A DNA stretch of 64,000 nucleotides, taken from Squalus acanthias (taxonomy: Eukaryota). The notes beneath the pieces were generated by a model that did not search any database, was not told the origin of the DNA, and saw only the letters and a list, made by a program, of their open reading frames with translations. The stretch spans positions 144,338,001 to 144,402,000 of the forward strand of contig CM059432.1 in NCBI GenBank assembly GCA_030390025.1, written 5' to 3'. Positions 38,001 through 51,529 of the stretch are shown in pieces (position 1 is the first letter of the stretch; each line of letters starts with the position of its first letter). A program made the translations under genes and the position numbers.

Positions 38001-38543
38001 CCTGACCTCACTCCTGGTGTCACTCTCTCTGACCTCACTCCTGGTGTCACTCTCCCTGACCTCACTCCCGGTGTCACGCTCCCTGACCTCACTCCCGGTG
38101 TCACTCTCCCTGACCTCACTCCTGGTGTCACTCTCGCTGACCTCACTCTCTCTGACCTCACTCCCGGTGTCACTGTCCCTGACCTCACTCCTGGTGTCAC
38201 TCTCGCTGACCTCACTCCTGGTGTCACTCTCCCTGACCTCACTCCTGGTGTCACTCTCGCTGACCTCACTCTCTCTGACCTCACTCCTGGTGTCACTCTC
38301 GCTGACCTCACTCTCTCTGACCTCACTCCCGGTGTCACTCTCCCTGACCTCACTCCCAGTGTCACTCTCCCTGACCTCACTCCCGGTGTCACTCTCTCTG
38401 ACCTCACTCCCGGTGTCACTCACTCTCCCTGACCTCATTCCTGGTGTCACTCTCCCTGACCTCACTCCTGGCGTCACTCTCCCTGACCTCACTCCCGGCG
38501 TCACTCTCCCTGACCTCACTCCCGGCGTCACTCTCTCTGACCC
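29086..38543. repeat. ~9.5 kb satellite of 27 bp units with 15 and 31 bp variants
   Basis: tgacctcactcccggtgtcactctccc / tgacctcactctccc. Confidence 0.98.
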
Positions 38544-38724
38544 GACACCACCGTCAATCCCACTGTCTCCCAATCCCACTGCCCCACAATTCCACTATCC
38601 TCGAATCCCAATATCCCCTCACCCCAGGAGCCACTAACCCTTGCACTGCTCAACAGCCTGATTCTATCTCCAGCCTGTACAAGCTATAAAGTCAGTCCCT
38701 GGCAATGAGCTGGGTGACATCTAC

Positions 38725-38834
38725 CTTACAGACACACGTGGTGCAGTTATCGTACTGGAACAAGGTCCTGTGTTCATAGACCTCACTGTGAAACAAGCAG
38801 CTCCCAGCTGTCAAGTCAAACACTCGCCGCTGAC
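38725..38834 (-). CDS. BMPER: BMPER-family coding exon (equiv. exon 8), VWC4
   Basis: ttgcag|GT...AAG|gtagat; 110 nt; (G)QRRVFDLTAGSCLFHSEVYEHRTLFQYDNCTTCVCK. Confidence 0.93.
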
Positions 38835-38944
38835 CTGCAAACAAGGCACAGAAAGAGAGCAGAACATTACAGCAACATGGACACACATCAAATGACACCT
38901 CCCGAATCCAGGGAGAACTGAACCGACCATCTCAAGACCATCTT

Positions 38945-39400
38945 TACATAGAATTACATAGAATGTACAGCACAGAAACAGGCCATTTGGCCCAACAGGT
39001 CCGTGCCGGTGTTTATGCTCCACATGAGCCTCCTCCCACCCCTCTTCATCTCACCCCATCAGCATATCCTTCTGTTCTTTCTCCCTCATGTGTTTATCTC
39101 GCTTCCCCTTAAATGCATCTATACTATTCGCCTCAACCACTCCCTGTGGTAGCGAGTTCCACATTCTCACCACTCTCTGGGTAAAGAAGTTTCTCCTGAT
39201 TCCTCATTGGATTTATTGGAGACGATCTTACATTGACGGCCCCTAGTTCTGGTCTCCCCCACAAGTGGAAATATTTTCTCTACGTCTACCCAATCAAACC
39301 CTTTCATAATTTTAAAGACTTCTATCAGGTTACCCCCCCTCAGCCTTCTCTCTTATAAAGAAAAGAGCCCCAGCCTGTTCAATATTTCCTGGTGGTTATA
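38945..39400 (-). mobile_element. CR1 LINE 3' end
   Basis: Reverse of the CR1 3' region; tail ...gggccaaatggcctgtttctgtgctgtacattctatgtaattctatgt. Confidence 0.8.
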
Positions 39401-39581
39401 TTGATTGTGTTAATCGGGAGGTACATTCAAAATTAACCAGTCAAAATGACCTTAAAATTCAGCATGATATACTGAGAGTTATGGGATTATACAAGAGCCT
39501 GGTTCAGTGCTTCTGAATAAATCTTTCCCTTTAATTTGAGCAAAATTCTTATTGCAGTGCGGGAAAATTGTATTCACTCAC

Positions 39582-39681
39582 CCAAACATCTGGGGCAGCA
39601 TTTTCCAGGCTGTACTTGACTGAGGTGCTTTGGGCAGGAGAGGATGGGACACAGCTCCCGGAGACAGTGCAGTGCGCCGGC
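39582..39681 (-). CDS. BMPER: BMPER-family coding exon (equiv. exon 7), VWC3
   Basis: gtacag|GCC...TTGG|gtgagt; 100 nt; [33 protein letters not shown]. Confidence 0.93.
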
Positions 39682-40024
39682 CTGTACATAATCAGATCAC
39701 AACTGTCAGCGGTTTCATCCAGACATTAATACTGAGGGAGAAGAGGCTGCAATTACCAGAAAACTGTCGGGTTGGCTCATTGCACCCCACTCCAGAGGCT
39801 TGAGCCCATAATCTAGGCCAACACACAAGAGGGACAATGGCTATATAAACAATAGGAACCTCAGCTCTGTCTCTGTGTGTTGCAGGTACGACTGGAATGG
39901 TTGGTGCTTGGTACAAATTGTTATTTTTGCAATTAGCAGATCTCACAATGAGTGAGCCAACACCAGCAAATCAGATTATCGGATCATTCATCTCATTTGC
40001 TGTTTGTCACATTTCCTACATTAC

Positions 40025-40350
40025 GGAGAAACTGTTTCCACTGACAAGAGGGTCAGTAATCAGAGGACACAGATTTAATGTACTTGGCAAAAAAAAAGAG
40101 GGAAGGGGAGGAGAATTTTTTTTTTAACTCAGCGAGTTGTTGTGATCTGGGACGCGCTGCCTGAAAGGGCGGTGGAAGCAGATTCAACAGTAACTTTCAA
40201 AAGGGAATTGGAGAAATACTTGAAAAGAAAACATTTGCAGGGCTCTGGGGAACGAGCAGGGGGAGTGGGACTAATTGGAGAGCTCTTTCAAAGAGCCGGC
40301 ACAGGCACGATGGGCCGAATGGCCTCCTTTTGTGCTGTAAGATTCTAAGC
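40025..40350 (+). mobile_element. CR1 LINE 3' end
   Basis: IWDALPERAVEADSTVTFKRELEKYL; tail gggccgaatggcctcc. Confidence 0.8.
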
Positions 40351-40914
40351 ATTCCCCTCACTCCAATTCCCAGGAATCAGACAGAAACTTTTACCGTGTG
40401 ACTGAGGAAAAATTTAATGACCCAAAATAATATTTGGGTTTAAATAAAGTCCTTCTATTTGGTTTGTACCAAAGTTTACATCAGTGGAATTAATCTGTTT
40501 ATTGAATTGAATGTATACAGTATCTGTGTACAGGTGGTGGGTCTAGGAGCAGAGAGCTACAATTGGAAGAGGGTCCTTTAAGTGGAAAAATTCTTATAAA
40601 CCAGACAGCGCTCATTAAAATTTGAAAAGTATCCAAGACTGCTGAGCAGGCCATTTTCAGCAATTATGGTTGACTGAACTTACAAGCCCAATAAAAAGTT
40701 CTGAATGAGAAAAATCTGCTGGTGTGCATCTCAACGAGTTAAAGAGACAGCGTCTCTGCAACCTCGGGCTGGGAGAGCTGCTCCTGCTCGTTTACAAACA
40801 TACAACACAGCGGCCCACCAGGCGGGAAACGACCCGCGGACCACCCTCCCAACACCAGAACACCACCCGAGTGTTTCTCACAAAGGCAACGGCCCTTTTA
40901 AAGGACAATTGGAG

Positions 40915-41360
40915 AAGGGGGAGGAGTGGGGGGGGGGGCGGTGGTGGAAGGAGTAGGGTAAGGGTGGGGGAGGAGTAGGGGAAGGGGGATGGGGAGAGGG
41001 ATGGGGGAGGGAGAGGGATAGGAGGGATGGGGGAGGGGTGGGGGAGGGGGGAGGGGGAGGGGGAGGGGGAGGGGGAGGAGGGGGAGGGGGGAGGGATGGG
41101 GTGAGGAGTAGGGGAAGGGGGATGGGGAGAGGGATGGGGGAGGGAGAGGGATGGGGTGAGGAGTAGGGGAAGTGGGATGGGGAGAGGGATGGGAGGGGGA
41201 GAGGGATGGGAGGGGGAGGAGGAGGGATGGGGTGAGGGGGAGGGGAAGGGGGAGGGGAAGAGATGGAGGTGAGGAGTAGGGGAAGGGGGATGGGATGGAT
41301 GGGGGGAGGGGAAGGGGGATGGGATGGATGGGGGGAGGGGATGGGGAGGGGGAAGGGTGA
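40915..41360. repeat. G-rich polypurine tract (G4-prone)
   Basis: Dense GGG/GGGG runs. Confidence 0.9.
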
Positions 41361-42534
41361 GGTTTCAGCTGCCTGTTTCTCATCTGATAATCGAAGGAAC
41401 CCTAGCCTCCCGCAGCCTGCAATGTGCAGGTGGGCTGTGAATGGGCGAGTAGTCGGCCTGTTTCAGGCAGGGGACGGGTCCTACACCAGTCGGAAGCCCC
41501 CCATTTGCAAGTCTCAGGTACAAAGGGGCGGGTGTTTGCTGTGCGCTCCTCGGTGTCAGTCAGTAATCGGTCAGACCTGCCGCCCTCAAGGAAAGACACA
41601 GATTTATTTTGGGGGAGCGCTGATGCGGGGGTGGGCGGGGGGGGGAGTTGTTGTGGGGCCAGGACAAGGAGTGCTCCTCCCGGGTCCATAACTGCTGCTG
41701 GGAAAGACTCGGCCCCACACTCCACACCCCATCCTATCCCAGTCCCAACCTGCCGCCCAGCTCAGGCCGAGGTGGGGGGGCTCGGATGATTTCCGTCCGC
41801 ATCCAAATGATGCCCAAACCTAATCTCCTCCCAACACTGGGATTGGGCGGAGTCCAACAATCCCCTCCGACCCTCCCTCCCTCTCTGTGGGTCCAAAAAT
41901 CCACTCATCAGTTGACGCGATGGCACCAGGTGCGCGGGACCCGACCCGCCAACACACTTTGCGATGCGATACGGCCCCTCCCCCGGGTCTTTGTAAATGA
42001 AAGCTTGCGAGTTTCCCCAAAACACTCTCTCTGGGGGGAGCGTTTCCTGGCAAGGTCCCCGCTGGGCTCAGTGTCCTGGTGGAGCCCACACTCCACCCCC
42101 GCCCCCCTCCTCAATCCTCCTGGCCCGGGACAGCTGCACGGTTCACACTACGTCCTCGCGTTGATCCATCCCCTGGGAAGGCTGGACTCTGGGATTGTGG
42201 GGGGGGGGGGGGGGTGGCGGAGGGGGAATTGCAGGTCTGTGGCTGTTAGCAGACATGGGCAGGAAAATGGTTTCAAAAGCAGAATCATGAGAACCTATGT
42301 TGTACACAGATTCTCATGTCCGAACCCTAACCGCCCGGACTGGAATACAATAGACTTGGCCTCAGGACCACAGAAGCACCTGCACGTCTGTCATGTCCAG
42401 TATTAAAGAGCCCATGGTGTAATGTGAGTCTTGATGAGGTGGGTTCAGGTACCTTGAATGAGGAAGATATGATGTGTGGGAAAGTGATGGCAAAGCTTTA
42501 TGAGATTAAGGCATCTCACTCTTGTCAATCAATA

Positions 42535-43013
42535 AACATAGAAACATAGAAGATAGGAGCAGAAGTAGGCCATTCAGCCCCTCTAGCCTGCTCCGCCATT
42601 CAATGCGATCATGGCTAATCATCCAAATTCAGAACCCTGTCCCTGCTTTCTCCCCATATCCCTTGATCCCTTTAGCCTTAAGAAATATATCCAACTCCTT
42701 CTTGAATATATTTAATGAATTGGCCTCTACTGCCTTCTGTGGTAGAGAATTCCACAGGTTCACCACTCTCTGGGTGAAGACATTCCTCCTCATCTCAGTC
42801 CTAAATGGCTTACCCCTTATCCTTAGACTGTGACCTCTGGTTCTGGACTCCCCCGACCATCGGGAACATCCTTCCTGCATCTAGTCTGTCCAGTCCTTTC
42901 AGAATTTTATAAGTTTCAATGAGATCCCCTCTCATTCTTCTAAACTCCAGCGAGTATAAGCCCAATCGACCCAATCTCTCCTCATACGTCATTCCTGCCA
43001 TCCCAGGTATCAG
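42535..43013 (-). mobile_element. CR1 LINE 3' end
   Basis: [38 protein letters not shown]. Confidence 0.88.
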
Positions 43014-44309
43014 TAGTATAACTATCCCCATTGGTCATATATGGTCATTTAGATCAAGGATTTGTAGTTTAGAGTCACGATTGTTTCTGATGCCCTTCTA
43101 TTGACTGCTCACTGTCCAAGCTCACAGATGTAGAATGGTCAAGGCGCTAAACTGTTCAGGGAAAGCTCTGGACCGTGTCGGACTGACCACAGCTCTCTGG
43201 GCGTGATGGCATAGGGTGAAGAGCTACACTTACTGTCGAGAACTCTACCCAATGTAAAGATGCTTCTTTAGTGATTCCCGGTCATCCAGTTTAACCATTG
43301 ATCAGAATCTCCTTGATGTCCCCCCGTGGATCCCTCTGAGCAAGTGCTGAACAAACAAGAGGGCCGGGAGGTATCGGGGACACAGCACAGCGCCGAGCTG
43401 TCAGCTCAAACAAATAAAGCTTTCAGGAAAATGTAAAGTGACAATAAAATGTATTTTGTTCCTTACCATGAACTTTCGCTTGTAATTGAGCAGATTAGGA
43501 GAATGAGTGTTGTTGTAACCCTGGTGAGATCACAATTCCATAACACACAAAAGCAGCATAAAAGCATCATTCGATATTCTGCTAGCTGACATTAAAAGTT
43601 TCAGACGTTGAAAGTATTTCTTCTCGAGGCCAGCGCTCGAGAATTCAAACTGATATCACTGCGTCTGGAACACAATGAAGCGAGGTGGGGGACAGACAAT
43701 GAAACTGGTCTCCCTATCAGGTGGGGACAAACCATTCTGAAACAAAGTGTAGCTTCGGGTAAAGTAATGCAGAAAAATTACCCATGAACCCAGGTAATTC
43801 TGTCATGTCACTGAGGGAAGGCAAATTAACTATATCCCCAGATCAGCAGTTCTGCTAACTCAATACAGGGAAACTATCCCAGTATATGTGGGACTGGGAA
43901 GGGGTGTGCAGAATGGGAGATAGTGTGGAGGGAGACACAGACTATGCTCAGTCCCGGGCACCTCTGCCCGTACGAGTGAAAGGTAGATGGTCTTTCGGTT
44001 TGCAATTGATATCTAAACTCCGAGATTTACAGTGTAAAAAATTCACTCCCAATTTTTTTGTTATTTAGCATGTTCTCTTTTACAAAATGTGAGTTTTGTT
44101 ACACTACACAAATTAAAAAATTAGAAGGTTAGGAGGCAGAGAGCAGGTCAGTTGTACTTTTTTTTACACAAAGGGTAACAATATGAATGAAGATTTTCCA
44201 ATTACTTTAACACTGAAATTTACCCAATTAAAATAATACCACAAGGAAAATCAAGGTTATGACATAAACTATCAGGAAAGCTGTAGAGGCTAATACTGTA
44301 AATGGAGAA

Positions 44310-47270
44310 AGAGGGGGTTGAGGGATAGAGAGAGAATGTGGGTATGTGGGATTGAGGAATATGGGGAGAAGGTGGGTAGCTGGGGTTGGCAATATGGGGA
44401 GAGGGTGGGTGGTTGGAGTTGAGGGATATGGGGAGAAGGTGGGTAGGTGGGTTTGTGGGATATGGGGAGAAGGTGGGTAGGTGGGTTTGGGGATATGGGG
44501 AGAAGGTGGGTAGGTGGGGTTGTGGGATATGGGGAGAAGGTGGGTAGGTGGGGTTGAGGGATATGGGGAGAAGGTGGGTAGGTGGGGTTGAGGGATATGG
44601 GGAGAAGGTGGGTAGGTGGGTTTGGGGGATATGGGGAGAAGGTGGGTAGGTGGGGTTGTGGGATATGGGGAGAAGGTGGGTAGGTGGGGTTGAGGGATAT
44701 GGGGAGAAGGTGGGTAGGTGGGGTTGAGGGATATGGGGAGAAGGTGGATAGGTGGGGTGGGCGACATGGGGAGAAGGTGGGTAGGTGGGGTTGTGGGATA
44801 TGGGGAGAAGGTGGGTAGGTGGGGTGGGCGACATGGGGAGAAGGTGGGTAGGTGGGGTTGTGGGATATGGGGAGAAGGTGGGTAGGTGGGGTTGAGGAGA
44901 TGGGGAGAAGGTGGGTAGGTGGGGTTGGGGGTTATGGGGAGAAGGTGGGTAGGTGGGGTTGAGGATATGGGGAGAAGGTGGGTAGGTGGTGTTGAAGATA
45001 TGGGGAGAAGGTGGGTAGGTGGGGTTGAGGATATGGGGAGAAGGTGGGTAGGTGGGGTTGAGGATATGGGGAGAAGGTGGGTAGGTGGTGTTGAAGATAT
45101 GGGGAGAAGGTGGGGTTGTGGGATATGGGGAGAAGGTGGGTAGGTGGGGTTGTGGGATATGGGGAGAAGGTGGGTAGGTGGGGTTGAGGGATATGGGGAA
45201 AAGGTGGGTAGGTGGGGTTGGCGACATGGGGAGAAGGTGGGTAGGTGGGGTTGTGGGATATGGGGAGAAGGTGGGTAGGTGGGGTTGTGGGATATGGGGA
45301 GAAGGTGGGTAGGTGGGGTTGTGGGATATGGGGAGAAGGTGGGTAGGTGGGTTTGAGGGATATGGGGAAAGGTGGGTAGGTGGGGTTGGGGGATATGGGG
45401 AGAAGGTGGGTAGGTGGGGTTGGGGGATATGGGGAGAAGGTGGGTAGGTGGGGTTGGGGATATGGGGAGAAGGTGGGTAGGTGGTGTTGGGGGATATGGG
45501 GAGAAGGTGGGTAAGTTGGGGTTGAGGATATGGGGAGAAGGTGGGTAGGTGGGGTTGGGGGATATGGGGAGAAGGTGGGTAGGTGGGGTTGTGGAATATG
45601 GGCAGAAGGTGGGTAGGTGGGGTTGGGGATATGGGGAGAAGGTGGGGTTGTGGGATATGGGGAGAAGGTGGGTAGGTGGGGTTGTGGGATATGGGGAGAA
45701 GGTGGGTAGGTGGGGTTGAGGGATATGGGGAAAGGTGGGTAGGTGGGATTGGCGACATGGGGAGAAGGTGGGTAGGTGGGGTTGTGGGATATGGGGAGAA
45801 GGTGGGTAGGTGGGGTTGTGGGATATGGGGAGAAGGTGGGTAGGTGGGGTTGTGGGATATGGGGAGAAGGTGGGTAGGTGGGTTTGAGGGATATGGGGAG
45901 AAGGTGGGTAGGTGGGGTTGGGGATATGGGGAGAAGGTGGGTAGGTGGGGTTGGGGATATGGGGAGAAGGTGGGTAGGTGGGGTTGGGGATATGGGGAGA
46001 AGGTGGGTAGGTGGTGTTGGGGGATATGGGGAGAAGGTGGGTAAGTTGGGGTTGAGGATATGGGGAGAAGGTGGGTAGGTGGGGTTGGGGGATATGGGGA
46101 GAAGGTGGGTAGGTGGGGTTGTGGAATATGGGCAGAAGGTGGGTAGGTGGGGTTGGGGATATGGGGAGAAGGTGGGTAGGTGGGGTTGAGGATATGGGGA
46201 GAAGGTGGGTAGGTGGAGTTGGAGACATGGGGAGAAGGTGGGTAGGTGGGGTTGAGGGATATGGTGAGAAGGTGGGTAGGTGGGGTAGTGGGACATGGGG
46301 AGAATGTGGGTAGGTGGGTTTGTGGGATATGAGGAGAAGGTGGGTCGGTGGGGTTGGGGGATATGAGGAGAAGGTGGGTCGGTGGGGTTGGGGGATATGG
46401 GGAGAAGGTGGGTAGGTGGGGTTGGGGATATGGGGAGAAGGTGTGTAGGTGGGGTTGGGGATATGGGGAGAAGGTGGGTAGATGGGGTTGGGGATATGGG
46501 GAGAAGGTGGGTAGGTGGGGTTGTGTGATATGAGGAGAAGGTAGGCAGGTGGGATTGGGGAAATGGGGAGAAGGTGGGTTGGTGAGGTTGTGTGATATGG
46601 GGAGAAGGTGGGGTTGGTGATATGGGGAGGAGGTGGGTAGGTTGGGTTGGGAATATGGGGAGAACGTGGGTAGGTGGGGTTGGTGATATTGGGAGAAGGT
46701 GGGTAGGTGGGGTTGGGGATATGGGGAGAAGGTGGGTAGGTGGGGTTGTGGGATATGGGGAGAAGGTGTGTAGGTGGGGTTGGGGATATGGGGAGAAGGT
46801 GGGTAGGTGGGGTTGGGGATATGGGGAGAAGGTGGGTAGGTGGGGTTGGGGATATGGGGAGAAGGTGGGTTGGTGGGGTTGGGGATATGGGGAGAAGGTG
46901 TGTTGGTGGGGTTGGGGATATGGGGAGAAGGTGTGTAGGTGGGGTTGAGGATATGGGGAGAAGGTGTGTAGGTGGGGTTGAGGATATGGGGAGAAGGTGG
47001 GTAGGTGGGGTTGAGGATATGGGGAGAAGGTGGGTTTGGGGGATATGGGGGTAGGTGGGTAGGTGGGGTTGAGGATATGGGGAGAAGGTGGGTAGGTGGG
47101 GTTGGGGATATGGGGAGAAGGTGGGTAGGTGGGGTTGGTGATATGGGGAGAAGGTGGGTAGGTGGGGTTGAGGATATGGGGAGAAGGTGGGTAGTTGGGG
47201 TTGAGGACATGGGGAGAAGGTGGGTATGTGGGGTTGGGGATATTGGGAGAAGGTGGGTAGGTGGAGTTGA
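44310..47270. repeat. G-rich 33-34 bp minisatellite, ~3 kb
   Basis: ggatatggggagaaggtgggtaggtggggttg(tg). Confidence 0.97.
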
Positions 47271-48496
47271 TTGAACAAAAAGGACTTGCATGGTCCAAAA
47301 ATTCCCAAAATGCTTCTGTTCTTTTCAACATGGATTACAAGCTGAGGCCATTTTCCACAAGTCAGAGTGAATCGTAGCTTCGAATACTGGTCACCTTGAA
47401 GGTGAGCTGGCCCATGTGATCAAGGTTGTGTTGCTTCAATATTTATTTGGGCTGAGGGTTAATGATCAAGCAGCGGTGTAATATCTGGGAAACCCAAGAT
47501 CTGCAATTCACAACTGGGTGGGCCAGGCATTCGAAAAGTAGATTTCCAGATAAGAATTGTGAAATCTGTCTGATGTTACAGTGAAAAGCTCACAGGGTAA
47601 GCTCAGTTATCGTCTGCTTCTGTAACCGTTCTCCACCTCGCCCACCAAAATAACTCTTTAAAATCTTGTGCGGTATCTAATGTGCAGTGAGAACATTGTC
47701 CTGTCTCCACTGGGTCGGCGCGTGTGTCTGCTAACGAGATGATATTTTGTGAAGTGGGTTGAGAGCGACATTATCATTCAGGACAATTTCGAGATTGCAT
47801 GAAACCAAAGGGGGAAGAGAGACGGAGAACAGCAAATCTCAACTCACCGCAGAAGAAACATTCGGGTCAAATGTTAAGATTCATGAAATCTAATCTGGTG
47901 CTTGTAAATGGAGGAATGCCAGTAATGGCAGTGTGGGAAGCTGTAATGGGGCAGTTGTGTGGACTCAAAGTGGTGTCGCAGAGGCTGTGATTGAAAACGT
48001 GTCATTAGCACAGGTCCAACACGGACACAACTGGCTTGAACCCCTCCGGCATGTCGACGCTGAACAGTCTCACCCACTATTTGTTCACAAACTTAACTTT
48101 TCGCTGGCCTCCAGCTGCCCCTTTCAGGGTCTCGATGAGGCCGAGCACAAACCAGGTGAACGCAGTGGGCCCGTGGCCCAGTCAGTTCAGGAGTAAACCA
48201 ATTTCCAGTTTGGGCACTAAAACGGGCGTTATGCACCTTATTAGCATAACGACAGGGGCCCCACGGCTGTTTTCGACATCCGCCAGGGACGCTTCTTCAG
48301 CAGCCGAACCAGTATGGCGTCGGGCATGTTTCTAACGCTGCTTGGGGGGCACGGGAGGCTGGCCCCCTAAAATAGATCACCTGGAAAACAGGCGCAACAA
48401 GTCCAATTTCGCCACCGAGTGTCTCCGACTCTTCTAGAGCCCACTGCCCGACCATCAGACTCACACCGAATGGACTGGTGAGAGGCTCAAGGAGCT

Positions 48497-48895
48497 ACAA
48501 CAACAACTTGCATTTATAGAGCGTCTTTCACATCGTAAAACGTCCCCAGGAGCCTCACAGGAGCGATTATAAAAACAAAATTTGACTCTGAGCCACATAA
48601 GGAGAGATTGGGACAGGTGACCAAACGCTTGGTCAAAGAGGTAGGTTTTAAGGAGCGTCTTAAAGGAGGAGAGAGGTAGAGGCGGAGAGGTTTAGGGAGG
48701 GAATTCCAGAGCTTAGGGCCCAGGCAACTGAAGGCACGGCCGCCAAAGGTTGAGCGATTATAATCAGGGATGCTCAAGAGGGCAGAATTAGAGGAGCGCA
48801 GATATCTCGGAGCGTTGTAGGTCTGGAGGAGGTTACAGAGATAGGGAGGGGTGAGGCCATGGAGGGATTTGAAAACAAGGATGAGAATTGTAAAA
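48497..48895 (-). mobile_element. L2-like LINE 3' end
   Basis: STFGGRAFSCLGPKLWNSLP; tail (caa)n cttgcattta. Confidence 0.85.
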
Positions 48896-49404
48896 TCGAT
48901 GAACGTTCAGTTTCTTTTATGTTCCCCTAAGTTGGAAGTGACCTCCTCAAAATCACTGACTGCTCATCCCATTGCACCTCAAAGGGTGAATTGTAACTGG
49001 CTCGGCTCCTGGTGAGTCTCCCTCTACAGCGGATCTGGTCACAGGACCGGGGATGACTGATTCAGCACACGCCCAAACCTCTGCTTGTTCTATTTTAATT
49101 AAATTAAAATCAAGGGCTGGGAGTTTGGGAGTGCGGGTGAAATGTGCGATTGACCTTTGAGGAGGACAGGTGGTGTTTTTTATGGTTTGTGTGCTCGCTC
49201 ACTCGCTGAGTCAGTGAACACAACAGACACCACACCTCATCCGTCTGACTGAGCTGGCAAATCACATATCAGCACAAACCACAGTGACGTGAGGCACAGC
49301 CTGTCTCAGGAATGCCACCAAATAATGTACCCTGCAGATTCATTCCTGCCATTAAAGAGACAAGAGCCTTGCGTCTGGAATGTGGCAAATTGGGGTTGTG
49401 GTTA

Positions 49405-50815
49405 ATGGGGGTCGTGGTGAATGGGGGAGCACGGTGGATGGGGGGGCGCGGTGGATGAAGAGCGTGGTGAATGGGGGCCGCGGTGAATGGGGGGTGCAGT
49501 GAATGGGGGCGCGGTGAATGGGGGGGCGCGGTGGATGAAGAGCGTGGTGAATGGGGGCCGCGGTGAATGGGGGGTGCAGTGAATGGGGGCGCGGTGAATG
49601 GGGGGGCGCGGTGGATGAAGAGCGCGGTGAATGGGGGCCGCGGTGAATGGGGGGTGCAGTGAATGGGGGGCACGGTGAATGGGGGCGCGGTGAATGGGGG
49701 GTGCAGTGAATGGGGGCCGCGGTGAATGGGGGCCGCGGTGAATGGGGGGTGCAGTGAATGGGGGGCGCGGTGAATGAGGGGCGCGGTGAATGAAGAGCGT
49801 GGTGAACGGGGGGCACTGTGAATGGGGGGTGCAGTGAATGGGGGGTGCAGTGAATGGGGGCGCGGTGAATGGGGGCACGGTGGATGAAGAGCGTGGTGAA
49901 TGGGGGCCGCGATGAATGGGGGGTGCAGTGAATGGGGGCCGTGGTGAATGGGGGGTGCGGTGAATGGGGGGCGCAGTGAATGGGGAGCGCGGTGAATGGG
50001 GGGCACTGTGAATGGGGGGCGCGGTGAATGGGGGACGCGGTGAATGGGGGCGCGGTGAATGGGGGCGCGGTGAATGGGGGCGCGGTGAATGGGGGGCGCA
50101 GTGAATGGGGGAGCGGTGAATGGGGAGTGCGGTGTACGGGGGCGCGGTGAATGGGGGCGCGGTGAATGGGGAGTGCGGTGTACGGGGGCGCGGTGAATGG
50201 GGGTGCGGTGAATGGGGGTGTGGTGAATGGGGGCGCGGTGAATGGGGGAGCGCGGTGAATGGGGGCACGGTGTACGGGGGCGCGGTGTACGGGGGCGCGG
50301 TGAATGGGGGCGCGGTGAATGGGGAGTGCGGTGTACGGGGGCGCGGTGAATGGGGGAGCGGTGAATGGGGGAGCGGTGAATGGGGAGTGTGGTGTACGGG
50401 GGCGCGGTGAACGGGGGCGCGGTGAATGGGGAGTGCGGTGTACGGGGGCGCGGCGAATGGGGGCGCAGTGAATGGGGGAGCGGTGAATGGGGGCGTGGTG
50501 AATGGGGGGGCGGTGAATGGTGGCGCGGTGAATGGGGGGGCGCGGTGTACGGGGAGCGCGGTGAATGGGGGGGCGGTGAATGGTGGCGCGGTGAATGGGG
50601 GGCGCGGTGTACAGGGGCACGGTGAATGGGGGGGCGCGGTGTACGGGGGCGCAGTGTACGGGGGCGCGGTGTACGGGGGTTGGGTGAATGGGGGCGTGGT
50701 GAATGGGGGGGCGCGGTGTCCGGGGGCGCAGTGTACGGGGGCGCGGTGTACGGGGGTTGGGTGAATGGGGGCGTGGTGAATGGGGGGGCGCGGTGTACGG
50801 GGGCGCGGTGTACGG
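49405..50815. repeat. GC-rich 16-17 bp minisatellite
   Basis: gcggtgaatgggggc / gcggtgtacgggggc. Confidence 0.96.
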
Positions 50816-50985
50816 TGCCATGTGTGTAGCCGCACTTCCTGGGAGTGTTAAACTTACTTCCCGTAACACCTTCCCCATCACACTTGGCTGATAATACCCC
50901 AACTGTTAGAAAACAGCCTCCCCCCACACTCAGTATGGGCAATTATTATAGCACAGGACTCGATGTAAAGGAAGTTTATACTCAC

Positions 50986-51068
50986 AGTGCAGGAACATTT
51001 AATACACCTGTTTCCATCTGGGTGGAAATCCTCTCCTTCTCTGTAGTGCTGACCACCAAACTCACACC
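50986..51068 (-). CDS. BMPER: BMPER-family coding exon (equiv. exon 6), VWC3
   Basis: tttcag|GG...ACT|gtgagt; 83 nt; (G)CEFGGQHYREGEDFHPDGNRCIKCSCT. Confidence 0.93.
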
Positions 51069-51529
51069 CTGAAATAAACAACAAGAGGCCAATTATACAG
51101 CGAATAAAGGGAACTGCAGGGGACGGGAGGAAACCAGAGCCCAGGGCAGAGAGCGCCAGTGGTTTGCGGCATCAGCTGAATTCTGGGATTGAATCCCAGC
51201 CTGTAACTCCCTCCAGCGCCTGGCATTTTACACAATCGACCAGAAGCTGACATTCACAGGACCAGGAACCGTCTCCTTTCCGATGGGCGACCGGCTGCTA
51301 TAAGGACACTGACCGGTTCAAAGTCCGAGCCCCACCCCCCCGATCAGACACCGGGGGCAGGGCACCGGGGGAATTCTGTCAGACCATGTGATCCCGCCAG
51401 TCCCGCCTCCTTCTATGACATCATGTTCAGGGTGAGGAGCTGCAGGGAGGGGAAGCCCCCCCCCACCCCACCCCCGACTCTCCAAGGAAACTCTGGTGTA
51501 CACTTCCCAGCAACCCGTAAGCAAATAGA

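Noticed and set aside
29506..38637. ORFs of 400-1138 aa
   Set aside because: Units of 27 and 15 bp are multiples of three and stop-free in several frames on both strands; they lie in a BMPER intron
44220..47331. ~1000 aa Pro/His-rich extensin-like ORFs
   Set aside because: Translation of a C-rich minisatellite, open in all three frames
47840..48065. Possible extra exon (gtgag donor near 47845)
   Set aside because: No convincing open frame or domain similarity; exons 6 and 7 already join in frame
49269..50942. ~500 aa Pro-rich ORFs
   Set aside because: Minisatellite translation
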